From positions 2,976,001-3,040,000 of the forward strand of contig OZ242318.1 in assembly GCA_965208105.1 (NCBI GenBank): DNA of 64,000 bases, written 5' to 3'. The notes below the pieces were generated by a model. The model made no database searches, had not been told where the DNA came from, and saw nothing but the letters and a program-made list of their open reading frames with translations. The position numbers and the translations under genes were made by a program. This document shows, piece by piece, positions 52,392-64,000 of the stretch (positions are counted from its first letter, which is position 1; each line of letters begins with the position of its first letter). This stretch comes from Candidatus Latescibacterota bacterium. Lineage in GTDB: Bacteria; Latescibacterota; UBA2968; UBA8231.

Positions 52392-52530
52392 AAAAGGTTG
52401 TCAGCTGCTTTGTTCCAAACACCGGTGCTTCCAGGGGGTGCAGGCAGGAAGGATGGGCAGGCTTTCTCGGCAACCATCCCCCGTTGAAAATCATCGACCC
52501 CTCGGTAGACGGCTCGTGAACGGACGGCCC

Positions 52531-53607
52531 TCAAATGGATATGGCCATTTCATTCCACCGATCGGTTTCCAGTCTCAGGTTCGTCTCGGCGGTTGCGCAA
52601 ATATTCGACCAGGTAGTATCGTCAATTTCAATGCCGTCGACCTTGCGCTTGCGAGCGTTGCGGAATTCAAACTCTCCGGGCAGAAGGATTTCTCCGATAT
52701 CCGGGTCTATGCGGCTGGTGCGGATGTGGCGGACGAGGGTCTCTACATCTTCGTAATAAGACTCCAGGTCTGTGAAGTGTGCGATGTCGTATACGGTCAG
52801 CAAAACACCGTTGCTCTTCATGACATGTTCTCCCGATGCACAACCCTGGCCGCTCAGGCCCCCTCCTAACAACTCGACTACGAAGCTCAGGCAGTAGCCC
52901 TTGTGCCCGGCTACGCCCCCCAGGGGAAGGATGGCGCCGGCCGGATCACCCGTGAATTTCCGGGGATCGGTAGTCGGACTGCCGTTGGAATCGATTACCC
53001 AACCTTCTTTCAGGGGCAAACTCCGATTGCTGGTAATCCTTATCTTGCCTTCGGCCGTGGCAGAGGTGGCCATGTCCACCATGATTGGGTCCGAGTTGCG
53101 CCTCGGGGCGGCAAAGGCAATTGGATTGGTGCTCAGCTTGCCATCGATTCCTCCGTATGGTGCGACCTGTCGACCCAGGCGGCCGGCGTTGACGAATGCC
53201 AGACCAATCATACCCTCGCGCGCAGCCATCAGGGGATAGGCGCCGCAGCGTCCCAGGTGGCAGGAATTCCGCAGGGTAACGGTCCCCATGCCTTGTTCGC
53301 GAGCCTTTCTCATGGCCAGGCGAGTGGCAAAGGCACCTCCAACCTGGCCCATGGCACCGCCACCGTCCACCACGGCGGTGCAGGGCCTTTCCTGCACGAT
53401 TCGCGGGGTTCCCCGGGGATTCCAGGTGCCCTTTTCGAAGCACTGGATATACTCATAGAAGCGGAGCACTCCGTGCGAGTCGTGCCCGAAAAGGCTCGAT
53501 TCCACCAGGTGTTCCACCAACTCTCGGGTATGTTCGGGAGTGCAGCCAGCTGCCTCGAAAATTTCACATCCGATCTCGGTGAGCGCTACTGGTTTGAAGG
53601 TGGGCAT
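52531..53607 (-). CDS. Ldh_2 (malate/L-lactate/sulfolactate dehydrogenase) family oxidoreductase
   Basis: GHDSHG, HLGR.G.Y, STNPIAFA, DMATS, GHKGY.L, LPGE. Confidence 0.92.
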   Translation of the reverse strand: MPTFKPVALTEIGCEIFEAAGCTPEHTRELVEHLVESSLFGHDSHGVLRFYEYIQCFEKGTWNPRGTPRIVQERPCTAVVDGGGAMGQVGGAFATRLAMRKAREQGMGTVTLRNSCHLGRCGAYPLMAAREGMIGLAFVNAGRLGRQVAPYGGIDGKLSTNPIAFAAPRRNSDPIMVDMATSATAEGKIRITSNRSLPLKEGWVIDSNGSPTTDPRKFTGDPAGAILPLGGVAGHKGYCLSFVVELLGGGLSGQGCASGEHVMKSNGVLLTVYDIAHFTDLESYYEDVETLVRHIRTSRIDPDIGEILLPGEFEFRNARKRKVDGIEIDDTTWSNICATAETNLRLETDRWNEMAISI

Positions 53608-53705
53608 GAATCTCTCCTTACTGGTGTTTTATATCAATTTTCGAAAATTCCGGGAAGGTTGGAGTGGCGCATACGGCCCCGATTCCCCGGATTCCAGCAG
53701 TAGTT

Positions 53706-56183
<2,478 letters not shown>

Positions 56184-56308
56184 TTTGAGATTTTCCATGT
56201 TTCGGCTTGGGAATGGGTGGAGGGGCCTCTTCGAATCCAAATGGATTACCCTCCTTTAGGTGGCTCAAGCCGGGATGCCGTCAACTACTCACGCTGGTAA
56301 GGTCTCCG

Positions 56309-56770
56309 ATGTTTGAAGACGTCTGGAAAGCTTACGAAGAGAATGAACTGACCCATAGTGCCGCCCATCATTTGATGGCCGTGCACGAGTTGCGCCAGCA
56401 AAACGGTTATGCCCGAGTATCGGACATCGCGCAGCATCTTCAAATCACCAAGGGCAGCGTTTCCTCTGCGATGAAGCACCTAAAAGAGCGCAATTACGTC
56501 CAGGAAGACCACAACAAGTTCCTCGATTTGACAGAGAAAGGAACCAGGGTCGTACAGGAAACCGAAGCCACTCGTTTGGCCGTACAGAAGTTTCTGAGCG
56601 ACGCTTTGGGGATGGACGAGGACGATGCCGAAATCGACGCTTGCAAGGTGGAGCATCTGATCAGTTCCGAGGCTCGCGTGCGCATGGTGCGTTTTCTGAA
56701 CTTTTTGTTTTCCGATGACAAGGTTGCCCGCAATTTCCTCAGCACCCTTGCCAAGGTAGAAGACTATTGA
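56309..56770 (+). CDS. DtxR/MntR family metal-dependent regulator
   Basis: ARVSDIA..L.ITKGSVS..MK.L, LTEKG, DACKVEH. Confidence 0.9.
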   Translation: MFEDVWKAYEENELTHSAAHHLMAVHELRQQNGYARVSDIAQHLQITKGSVSSAMKHLKERNYVQEDHNKFLDLTEKGTRVVQETEATRLAVQKFLSDALGMDEDDAEIDACKVEHLISSEARVRMVRFLNFLFSDDKVARNFLSTLAKVEDY

Positions 56771-56855
56771 GATTCATTTCATCGCCCTGGACGGATAGGT
56801 TCCAGACCAAGCCCTCGACTCCGCCTGGTCTGGATTTTTTTGGTCTTTCCTCCGC

Positions 56856-57827
56856 ATGAGCCGCCTCCTTGGGTTTCTGGCAAAACAATTCCTGCCCGTA
56901 GGTCTCGTCTCTGTCGTCCTGATCGGCCTGACTTTTCCCGGTCCAGGCCGCTATTTCGCTTCCCTCTCAACCCAGTATGTAGCAGTCAGTATCATTTTCA
57001 TTTGCTCCGGGCTGATGCTGCGGACGGAGGAAATTTTTGCCGCCCTTTCTGCCTGGAGAGCGACCTTGTGGGGGAGTCTTTCAATCCTGTTCATCACCCC
57101 GGTCATTGGTGCGCTGCTGGCTTTCCAAACACCCCTTGAACCCAGTTTTCAAATCGGTTTGGCCCTTTTCTTCTGTATGCCCACGACGCTTTCCTCGGGC
57201 ATTGCATTGACACATCAGGCACGGGGCAATGTAGCCCTGGCGGTCCTGCTGACGGCGCTTACCAACCTGGCGGGCATATTCACGGTGCCATTCGTCCTTG
57301 CCCATCTTCTTGGGGCGGTCGGCCACGTGGAACTTTCGGGAGGGGACTTGCTGGTAAAACTCTTTTTTTCAATCCTCCTGCCCCTTGCCGCGGGCAAGTT
57401 CCTGCGCTCTTTGGTGGAGGATTGGGCGAATCGAAATCGATCCCGGCTGACCATGCTCAGCAGCCTGGCACTGCTCTCCATTCCATGGATGAAGATCAGC
57501 GAATCCTCCGAAAGTCTGGGCCAGATAGCCCTTTCCGGCCTGTTGATTCTGGTGGTCTCAGGACTGGTCATCCACGCAATCTATCTGCTGATCAACGATG
57601 GAGCCTGCAGACTGTTTCGATTCGACGCGGGGGTGCGCAAGGCGGTTGTAATTCTTGCAAGCCAAAAAACCCTGCCCGTCGCCATGGCGATCCTGGCCTT
57701 CCTCCCGGAGTCTGCGATATCGCAAGAAACCAAGGGACTGCTCGCCATTCCCTGTATCACCTCTCACCTGGGGCAGATCTTCATGGATGCGGTTATCGCC
57801 ACCCGCTGGGGACGTGGTGCGGATTGA
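56856..57827 (+). CDS. Bile acid:sodium symporter (SBF-like) family transporter
   Basis: CMPTTLSSG..LT..A.GN, SQKTLPVA, HLGQI. Confidence 0.88.
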   Translation: MSRLLGFLAKQFLPVGLVSVVLIGLTFPGPGRYFASLSTQYVAVSIIFICSGLMLRTEEIFAALSAWRATLWGSLSILFITPVIGALLAFQTPLEPSFQIGLALFFCMPTTLSSGIALTHQARGNVALAVLLTALTNLAGIFTVPFVLAHLLGAVGHVELSGGDLLVKLFFSILLPLAAGKFLRSLVEDWANRNRSRLTMLSSLALLSIPWMKISESSESLGQIALSGLLILVVSGLVIHAIYLLINDGACRLFRFDAGVRKAVVILASQKTLPVAMAILAFLPESAISQETKGLLAIPCITSHLGQIFMDAVIATRWGRGAD

Positions 57828-57852
57828 GTGCCGAATGCCGGGCAGGCGGTTT

Positions 57853-58635
57853 TTACCCGAAGAAGGCGGTCAGGAGACTTTCCCCCAGGACCAACTGTAC
57901 TCCGGTCAAAAACAACAGGGCGTATACCGTCCTGTCGAACCACAATTTCGTAAAGCGTCGATTTAAAAAAATTCCAAGCCGAACTCCGACATAGCACAGG
58001 GGGGACAGGACGACCGTGGTCGCCAATATGTCCGTCCTGAGCAGGCCCAACCCACAATAGGGCACCAACTTGATTACGTTGAGGCAGGCAAAAAAAATCA
58101 CGGTGGTACCGACGAATTGGTCCCGGGGCAGCTTCTGTGCAAGCAGGAAGATGTTTACCGGTGGGCCGCCTGCATGAGCCAGGGTGGATGTAAAGCCTGA
58201 GAGGGCGCCCATGAACACTCCTTCGGCTGGAGAAGGAGTGCGTTTTTTCAGGGCCTTGAGAAGAAGGGCGTGCATGGCCTGGACCAGGACGAAGGCCAGT
58301 GCCAGGATTCCCATTCCCACCTGGAGTACTCGCTGGTCGTCGTGGAAATGGTCAAAGAAAAAAGCTCCTGTCCCTACGCCAATAAAGGCGCCAGGAAGAA
58401 GCAGCTTGAAATTGCGGCGGTCGAAGCACTGTCTGTAGAACCGAACGGCGAAGACATCGCAGCCCATCAAAATCGGCAACATCAGCCCGGCGGCGGTCGT
58501 CACAGGAACAGTCAGGGCGAGCAAAGGGGTGGCGACCATTCCTACGCCACCGCCGAAGCCTGCTTTGGCAATGCCCGAAAAGACGACGGCGACAACGGCG
58601 CACACCCAGAAGGCCGGGGTGTACTCAGGTAACAT
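57853..58635 (-). CDS. TauE/SafE family membrane protein
   Basis: [29 protein letters not shown]. Confidence 0.88.
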   Translation of the reverse strand: MLPEYTPAFWVCAVVAVVFSGIAKAGFGGGVGMVATPLLALTVPVTTAAGLMLPILMGCDVFAVRFYRQCFDRRNFKLLLPGAFIGVGTGAFFFDHFHDDQRVLQVGMGILALAFVLVQAMHALLLKALKKRTPSPAEGVFMGALSGFTSTLAHAGGPPVNIFLLAQKLPRDQFVGTTVIFFACLNVIKLVPYCGLGLLRTDILATTVVLSPLCYVGVRLGIFLNRRFTKLWFDRTVYALLFLTGVQLVLGESLLTAFFG

Positions 58636-58689
58636 CGCGCCGCTCGCTCAGGGGATTTTGCGCTTGGGGTACGCTCCAGGGGATTGCCC

Positions 58690-59484
58690 TTACTCCCCTT
58701 CTACCTGGGTCACCTCTATATCCAGGTCTTCCCGGTTGGCGATGTGGTCTACCCGCCCGTCTTTCACCCACACTACCCGGTCTGACACACTCAGCATTTT
58801 GTGGTCGTGGGTGGCGGAAATTACGGTAACCCTGGAATTGGTGTTCATCTCCCTGAGCAATTCAATAATCTCGGTGCCGGTGCGCAAATCCAGGTTGCCA
58901 GTTGGCTCGTCGGCTAGAATCACTGCAGGATCATTGGCCAGAGCCCGGGCCACCGCCACGCGCTGCTGCTGTCCGCCGGAAAGCTCGTTCGGCTTGTGGG
59001 AATGGCGGTCGCCCAGGCCCACCTTTTTGAGCAAATCCACTCCTTTGTCGCGCGATTCATCACTGCTCAGGCCGGCGAAGACCATTGGCAAAGTCACGTT
59101 TTCAAGGGCGGTCATCACCGGAATCAGGTTGAAAGACTGGAAAATGTAGCCGATCTTGCGGCAGCGAAGCCAGGCCAGTTCGTAGGCGTCCAGTTGGGCC
59201 ACGTCCACTTCGTCGATGTAGACTTTGCCCTGGGTAGGTTTGTCAAGGCCGCCCACCATGTTGAAGAGGGTGCTTTTGCCCGATCCGGACGGTCCCATGA
59301 TGGACATGTATTCGCCTGAGTAGACCTCCAGGTCCACACCCTGCAATGCGTGGACCTGAATCTGTCCCATCTCGTAGGTTTTTTTAACCTGTTGTGTGCG
59401 CACGACCGTGCGCTTTTCTTCCTTGTCCATCCGGATTTGTTCTTCGCTCATAGTGGCAATATCTCCTGCAACTGGGTTATCCAA
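58690..59484 (-). CDS. ABC transporter ATP-binding protein (LolD/MacB-like)
   Basis: [34 protein letters not shown]; start uncertain. Confidence 0.93.
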   Translation of the reverse strand: MDNPVAGDIATMSEEQIRMDKEEKRTVVRTQQVKKTYEMGQIQVHALQGVDLEVYSGEYMSIMGPSGSGKSTLFNMVGGLDKPTQGKVYIDEVDVAQLDAYELAWLRCRKIGYIFQSFNLIPVMTALENVTLPMVFAGLSSDESRDKGVDLLKKVGLGDRHSHKPNELSGGQQQRVAVARALANDPAVILADEPTGNLDLRTGTEIIELLREMNTNSRVTVISATHDHKMLSVSDRVVWVKDGRVDHIANREDLDIEVTQVEGE

Positions 59485-59486
59485 TC

Positions 59487-60182
59487 TCAGGTATCAGAGC
59501 GCATGGCCTCTACCGGCTCCATCTTGGCGGCGCGGTAGGCCGGCAGCATGGCACCGACCAGAGACAGCAGCGTGCCGGCGACCAGCGCCAGAAGAGCCGC
59601 TTTCAGGATCCCGGTACCTGGAAAGTAGGCAAACACGTAAGAACCATAGTCCAGGAGTGCCAGACCGAGTGTCATCGAAAGACCAATGAGGATCCCGATA
59701 GTGGTGCCGGCGACTCCCTGAAAGGTAGATTCGAGCAGAAAGAGTTTGACGATGAAGGAATCCAGGGCCCCCAGGCACTTCATGGTGCCTATTTCCCGGA
59801 AGCGCTCGGTTACGGCCATCAGCATCGCATTGGCAATGCCCACTACGCATACGAGCAAGGAAAGTGCAATCAACCACGCCTGCTTGGACCTTTCTTCCTT
59901 TACCCGGTCCTTGGCCTCGGAGGTTTCTGCCGTGCCGGTCTCGATGCCGTTTTGTTGGAGAAGCAGGTTGATCTCGCTTCTGCCTGCGGTCTTGAGGCCG
60001 TCGACAATCTGGTTGGTACTCTGCACGGACATGAGAAAGGCAATGGCCAGGATCACGCCGCTGGTGGTGATCATCGAGCGGCCAAAACGAATTTTCAAAC
60101 TTCTCAGGCTTATCTCTACAGCCTTGCTCAGCGGGAGGGATATTGTCCTGCCTCCGGCAACTTGTAAGGCTTGCTCGGTCAT
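59487..60182 (-). CDS. FtsX-like (MacB-type) permease, small
   Basis: GIANAMLMAVTERFREIGTMKCLGA, PAYRAAKMEPVEAMR. Confidence 0.9.
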   Translation of the reverse strand: MTEQALQVAGGRTISLPLSKAVEISLRSLKIRFGRSMITTSGVILAIAFLMSVQSTNQIVDGLKTAGRSEINLLLQQNGIETGTAETSEAKDRVKEERSKQAWLIALSLLVCVVGIANAMLMAVTERFREIGTMKCLGALDSFIVKLFLLESTFQGVAGTTIGILIGLSMTLGLALLDYGSYVFAYFPGTGILKAALLALVAGTLLSLVGAMLPAYRAAKMEPVEAMRSDT

Positions 60183-60422
60183 GGTCTATATCCTCGTGCA
60201 GGTAAGCGGGTAGAAATCAGTCCTAAATTACAACAAAAGGCAGCAGGCGTCTACTTTCGGAATTACCAGCCGCGGCCTCGGGACCTGGCACCAGTTGATT
60301 GGCCTGGCTGGCAGGTCGGCCGACACACCGAATGTGGCCTCCGATTCTGGGTAGAATTGACTCCTCGCTGCTTGTCGATAATATTCCTGACCATGGTTTG
60401 CCTGCCGGGAAAACAGTAACCC

Positions 60423-61331
60423 ATGCCAACTGAATCAGTATCGAATTGCCCTATTTGCAGAGGAGATGAATTCAAGGATGTCGTCTCCTGCAAGGATTAC
60501 ACTTGCAGTCAGCAGTACTTCTTTATACAGAAGTGTGCCAATTGCAATTTACACCTCACCAATCCACGTCCCGACGCAGAATCGATTCAGGAATACTATC
60601 AATCTCCCGACTACATATCCCACACGGGGAACCCGAACAGCATCCTCAATTCGATCTACCTGGGAGTGAGGAGATTTACCCTCCGGTGGAAGCACGGCAT
60701 TATTTCAAGTAGGAAGAAGGAGGGCTCATTGCTTGATTATGGCTGTGGCTCGGGAGAATTCCTGGACTACATGGCCAGGAATGGATGGGAAGTTTTTGGC
60801 GTAGAGCCCTCAAAAGCGGCAAGGGAAAGAGCCGCTCGATTGGCGGGAATGAAAAATTCCGTTGTCCTGGAGGGAATAGAAGACCTTCAGGGTCCAGGAT
60901 TCCCAAAAGTTGATTTAATTACGCTTTGGCACGTCCTGGAACACGTCCCCGACCTGAATAACTTGCTTTCTCAGTTGAAGTTGTGCCTTAATGACAAGGG
61001 GCTGATACTAATTGCCGTTCCCAATTACCAGTCATTCGATTCTAGATATTATAAGGAATACTGGGCTGGTTATGATCTTCCAAGACACTTTTGGCATTTT
61101 TCCCATGCTGCACTAAAGCGCCTATTGTTTAATCACGGGCTTCTGATTCAAGACAAAATACCCATGAAGTTGGACTCGTTTTACGTATCGATACTCAGCG
61201 AGAAATACAGGAGAGAAAAATTCCAGATGCTTGCGCCCATAAAAGCGTTCGCAATAGGCCTGATTTCAAACTACATGGCCAGGAAGAATGCAGCCTATTC
61301 AAGCTGCATATACGTCATATCCACTGCATAG
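60423..61331 (+). CDS. Class I SAM-dependent methyltransferase with N-terminal Cys motifs
   Basis: CPIC..CANC, TNPRP, YISH, LLDYGCGSG, ITLWHVLEH, YDLPRH. Confidence 0.9.
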   Translation: MPTESVSNCPICRGDEFKDVVSCKDYTCSQQYFFIQKCANCNLHLTNPRPDAESIQEYYQSPDYISHTGNPNSILNSIYLGVRRFTLRWKHGIISSRKKEGSLLDYGCGSGEFLDYMARNGWEVFGVEPSKAARERAARLAGMKNSVVLEGIEDLQGPGFPKVDLITLWHVLEHVPDLNNLLSQLKLCLNDKGLILIAVPNYQSFDSRYYKEYWAGYDLPRHFWHFSHAALKRLLFNHGLLIQDKIPMKLDSFYVSILSEKYRREKFQMLAPIKAFAIGLISNYMARKNAAYSSCIYVISTA

Positions 61332-61379
61332 ATTGGATCGTGCGGGAATAACCCTGTATTTCGCAAGGGACTTGAGGAA

Positions 61380-63068
61380 TTATCGACGCGGCAGAACTTC
61401 GATCAAGGGAAGGTGGGCGGTGCCGCCTGGGACCGGTCCGGCCTTTAGATCCGTGTCGTTCCCGGCGAGCATGTAAATCTGCAACTTCTTGTTTCTCCAA
61501 CCCTTCCCCATCTCCTTGAGGGAATGGACGATCGTTCCCGATGTGAAGATCAGGGCATCTATACGGTACTCCTGAACCAGTTGTTGTAATTCGTCCACCA
61601 GCCCGATTATCTGGCTGCCAGCCACCATGCGGCCCCTGTTCTCCGGTTCCTGTCCGACAACTCCGACCACTTCGAAAGCCACCCCCTCCTGGGTTGCCAT
61701 ATATTCCAGGAGATTAGCGACGGCTTTATCCGTGCCCACCACCAGGGTGCGGCGCTGACCGAGTTGATAACCGCGATATGTCAGAAGGACCCAGGGTGTC
61801 AGCAGGCGCCAGCCGGCTACCAGCAAGGTGTTGAAGCCCCAGGCGGCCCCGGCGGCAAGGCGCGAGAAATTGTAGGCCTTGATGAAGAACACCATGGTTA
61901 CAATGCCTCCGAAGCCCAATGCCACGCCCAATGCCGCCCGGGCGGCGGAATACTTGCGGCGGTCGTAGATGCCCACGAGATATAACGCGAGCAACCAGAT
62001 CAATGCAGACACGGCGTAGAAGAGAAACCACTGGAGGTCCGTATATTCAGGCGGTACCAGCCAGAAGGTCGGATGGGCATCCAGGCCAATTTGGTTGGCC
62101 AGGCCTTCAATCTTGCGAATGAATGGCACGAGGCTGGGGTGGTAGCGCACGACCAGTCCCAGCTTGAGGCCGACGAGAATCAGAAGGCCATCTGCAATGG
62201 GAAGGGAGAGCTTTCGCGCCAGGTTGGCGCCCAGGGAGAGCAGCCCGTAGAGGACGATGGCAACGTGCAACAGCCAGAGGGGAAAAAACCTGTAGCGTTG
62301 CTGCATATGCTTGCGCACAAAAATTGCCATGGCTTCGTAGAACCTGTAGCGAAACCGCATCTGCTCGGCTCGACTGCTCTCGCCTTTGAAATGGATTATC
62401 TCGGTCTGGGGAACATAGAAGATCTTCCAGCCAGCCTCGCGCATGCGAAAGCACCAGTCCAGGTCTTCGCCGTAAAAGAAGTAGGCTTCGTCCAGCAGTC
62501 CAACCTGGTCCATGGCCTCCTTGCGCACCATCATGCAGGAGCCGGAGAGTGCGTCCACTTCGTGAGTTCTTTCCGGATCGAGATAGGTGAGGTTATAGCG
62601 TGCGATCCTCGGGCTGTTGGGGAAGAGGCGGCTTAGTCCCGACATTTTGCAGAACGCCGTCATCGGGGTCGGAAGTCCCCGGCGGCACGACAATTGCAAG
62701 GTGCCGTCGGGGTTCAGGATCTTGCATCCAATGGCCCCGGCCTGAGGATGTGCATCCATGAATTCAACCAGGCACCTGAGGGTGTCGGGCCGCACTATGG
62801 TATCTGAATTCAAAAGCAGCACGTTCCGGCCTTTGATTCGCCTTAATGCCTGATTGTTGGCGGCGGCAAACCCCACGTTTTCTTCATTGCGGATCAGTTG
62901 GACCTGGGGAAAGGTCGAGGCAACCATATCTGCACTGCCATCGCGCGAGGCATTGTCCACCACCAGTACCTCCACCTCCAGGCCCGTGGCTGCATCCATC
63001 ACGGTCCGCAGGGATTGTTCCAGAAGGTCCTTCGTGTTGTAGCTGGGGATTACGATGCTCAAATCCAT
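61380..63068 (-). CDS. GT2 glycosyltransferase fused to TM helices and a Rossmann-like (CoA-binding) domain
   Basis: VVDNAS.DGS, NVGFAAANN, LLNSD, YGEDLDWC, HFKGES; C-terminal TMs and TLVVG. Confidence 0.88.
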   Translation of the reverse strand: MDLSIVIPSYNTKDLLEQSLRTVMDAATGLEVEVLVVDNASRDGSADMVASTFPQVQLIRNEENVGFAAANNQALRRIKGRNVLLLNSDTIVRPDTLRCLVEFMDAHPQAGAIGCKILNPDGTLQLSCRRGLPTPMTAFCKMSGLSRLFPNSPRIARYNLTYLDPERTHEVDALSGSCMMVRKEAMDQVGLLDEAYFFYGEDLDWCFRMREAGWKIFYVPQTEIIHFKGESSRAEQMRFRYRFYEAMAIFVRKHMQQRYRFFPLWLLHVAIVLYGLLSLGANLARKLSLPIADGLLILVGLKLGLVVRYHPSLVPFIRKIEGLANQIGLDAHPTFWLVPPEYTDLQWFLFYAVSALIWLLALYLVGIYDRRKYSAARAALGVALGFGGIVTMVFFIKAYNFSRLAAGAAWGFNTLLVAGWRLLTPWVLLTYRGYQLGQRRTLVVGTDKAVANLLEYMATQEGVAFEVVGVVGQEPENRGRMVAGSQIIGLVDELQQLVQEYRIDALIFTSGTIVHSLKEMGKGWRNKKLQIYMLAGNDTDLKAGPVPGGTAHLPLIEVLPRR

Positions 63069-63085
63069 GGCAGATGGCGTCGCCT

Positions 63086-63805
63086 TCAGGGTTTTCCCTT
63101 ACCTGCCTTATCTCCAGGTCGGGACAACTTGATCCAGCTGAAGTAGAGGAGTTGCTTGAGGAAGAGAAGATACTCCTGCCAGTTGAGTTTGCTGCGGCTC
63201 GATTGGCGACTGCGAAAGACAAATGGCACGGAGAGGTGTTTTCTGTAATGCCCCTTGATAAGAATTTCCAGCAGGATCTTGTACCCTGCGGAAGTCAAGC
63301 TCAAACCGTCGATTACCGTGCGATGAAGGAGAAAGTACCCCGACAAAGGGTCTTCCACTCCCGTGAGCAGACGCGCGGCGCCAACCCCGGCCATGGAGAG
63401 CATCTTTCGGTGCAGTGCCCATTCCTCTACGTGGCTTCCGGCTCCGAAGCGGCTGCCGATGGTAATGTCATACTCATTCAGTCCCCTGATGAGCCGCGTC
63501 AAAATGGCAGGGTCATGGCTCAGGTCGGCGTCAATTGCTCCCAGATAGGGACGCTTCGAGAGGGAGAATCCCTCCATTACTGCTGAGCCCAATCCTAGTT
63601 TCCCGGGTCGATGGATGACCTGAACGGGATAATTCTGCACCAGCCCTTCGGCTACATCGCCTGTGCCGTCAGGAGAGTTGTCGTCAACCACGATCAACTC
63701 CAGGTCGATGTCGGATTCTGCGGCCAGGATTTCGAAGATTTCCTCGGCCAGAAACACGATATTTTCGCGTTCGTTGTAGGTTGGCGTGATCAGAGAGACT
63801 TGTAT
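63086..63805 (-). CDS. Polyprenol-phosphate mannose synthase-like GT2 (probable ATA start)
   Basis: SLITPTYNERENI, VVDDNSPDGT, GLGSA, DADLSH, GYKILLE, SKL. Confidence 0.88.
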   Translation of the reverse strand: MQVSLITPTYNERENIVFLAEEIFEILAAESDIDLELIVVDDNSPDGTGDVAEGLVQNYPVQVIHRPGKLGLGSAVMEGFSLSKRPYLGAIDADLSHDPAILTRLIRGLNEYDITIGSRFGAGSHVEEWALHRKMLSMAGVGAARLLTGVEDPLSGYFLLHRTVIDGLSLTSAGYKILLEILIKGHYRKHLSVPFVFRSRQSSRSKLNWQEYLLFLKQLLYFSWIKLSRPGDKAGKGKP

Positions 63806-63841
63806 GGCCGAACCTCCATGGGTTGGATAATCCTGGTTGAA

Positions 63842-64000
63842 TTAGACAAGATCGGCAAAATCGCGCCTGAAGCTTTCGTCTCGAATCATGCGCTCCAGTC
63901 CCTCGGCAAAACCGAGAGGGACGCGGCCCAGGAGGGCAACGAGGGCGTCGTTCCGGAGTCCCGATCGCAGGGGCCGACGAGCTTTTGAAGGTGCAGTTTC
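63842..64000 (-). CDS. 3' end of a probable RmlD/RfbD-like reductase (partial)
   Basis: Manual translation ...KARRPLRSGLRNDALVALLGRVPLGFAEGLERM...* resembles the RmlD C-terminal A.RP..S.L motif. Confidence 0.5.
   Translation of the reverse strand, partial: ETAPSKARRPLRSGLRNDALVALLGRVPLGFAEGLERMIRDESFRRDFADLV

Noticed and set aside
56309-56770. Altered metal ligands in the DtxR-family protein (AAHHL for EDYL)
   Set aside because: Plausibly an ordinary subfamily variation; cannot be assessed without an alignment.

Overview
Replication-origin region of a GC-rich bacterium; gene content suggests an FCB-group lineage such as Ca. Latescibacterota (inference only). The left arm on the - strand is gyrA(partial)-gyrB-dciA-recF-dnaN-oriC-dnaA. 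The + strand continues with rpmH-rnpA-yidD-yidC-mnmE, two parS sites and a second DnaA-box/IHF cluster. Housekeeping genes follow: a CDP-alcohol phosphatidyltransferase, tmk, ctpA, Rne/Rng, rplU, rpmA, frdABCD, sucCD, ispE, tRNA-Gln, rplY, pth, a Na+-type PPase, rpsF, rplI, tRNA-Sec and gap. The window also holds a variant cytochrome c maturation operon, degP with a sigma54 activator, a large TPR protein, transporters and glycosyltransferases. The main candidates for something undescribed are: (1) an unannotated ~165-nt structured RNA with its own promoter and terminator, divergent from an XRE regulator and an orphan zinc-finger anti-sigma gene; (2) a GyrA C-gate-like module inserted in the CtpA protease; (3) a datA/DARS-like DnaA-box/IHF cluster beside parS; (4) a CxxxY-CcmE ccm operon with two CcmI-like accessory genes; (5) a truncated RnpA in frame with L34; (6) a 160-bp palindromic MITE. 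All calls come from reading motifs by eye; no searches were run.
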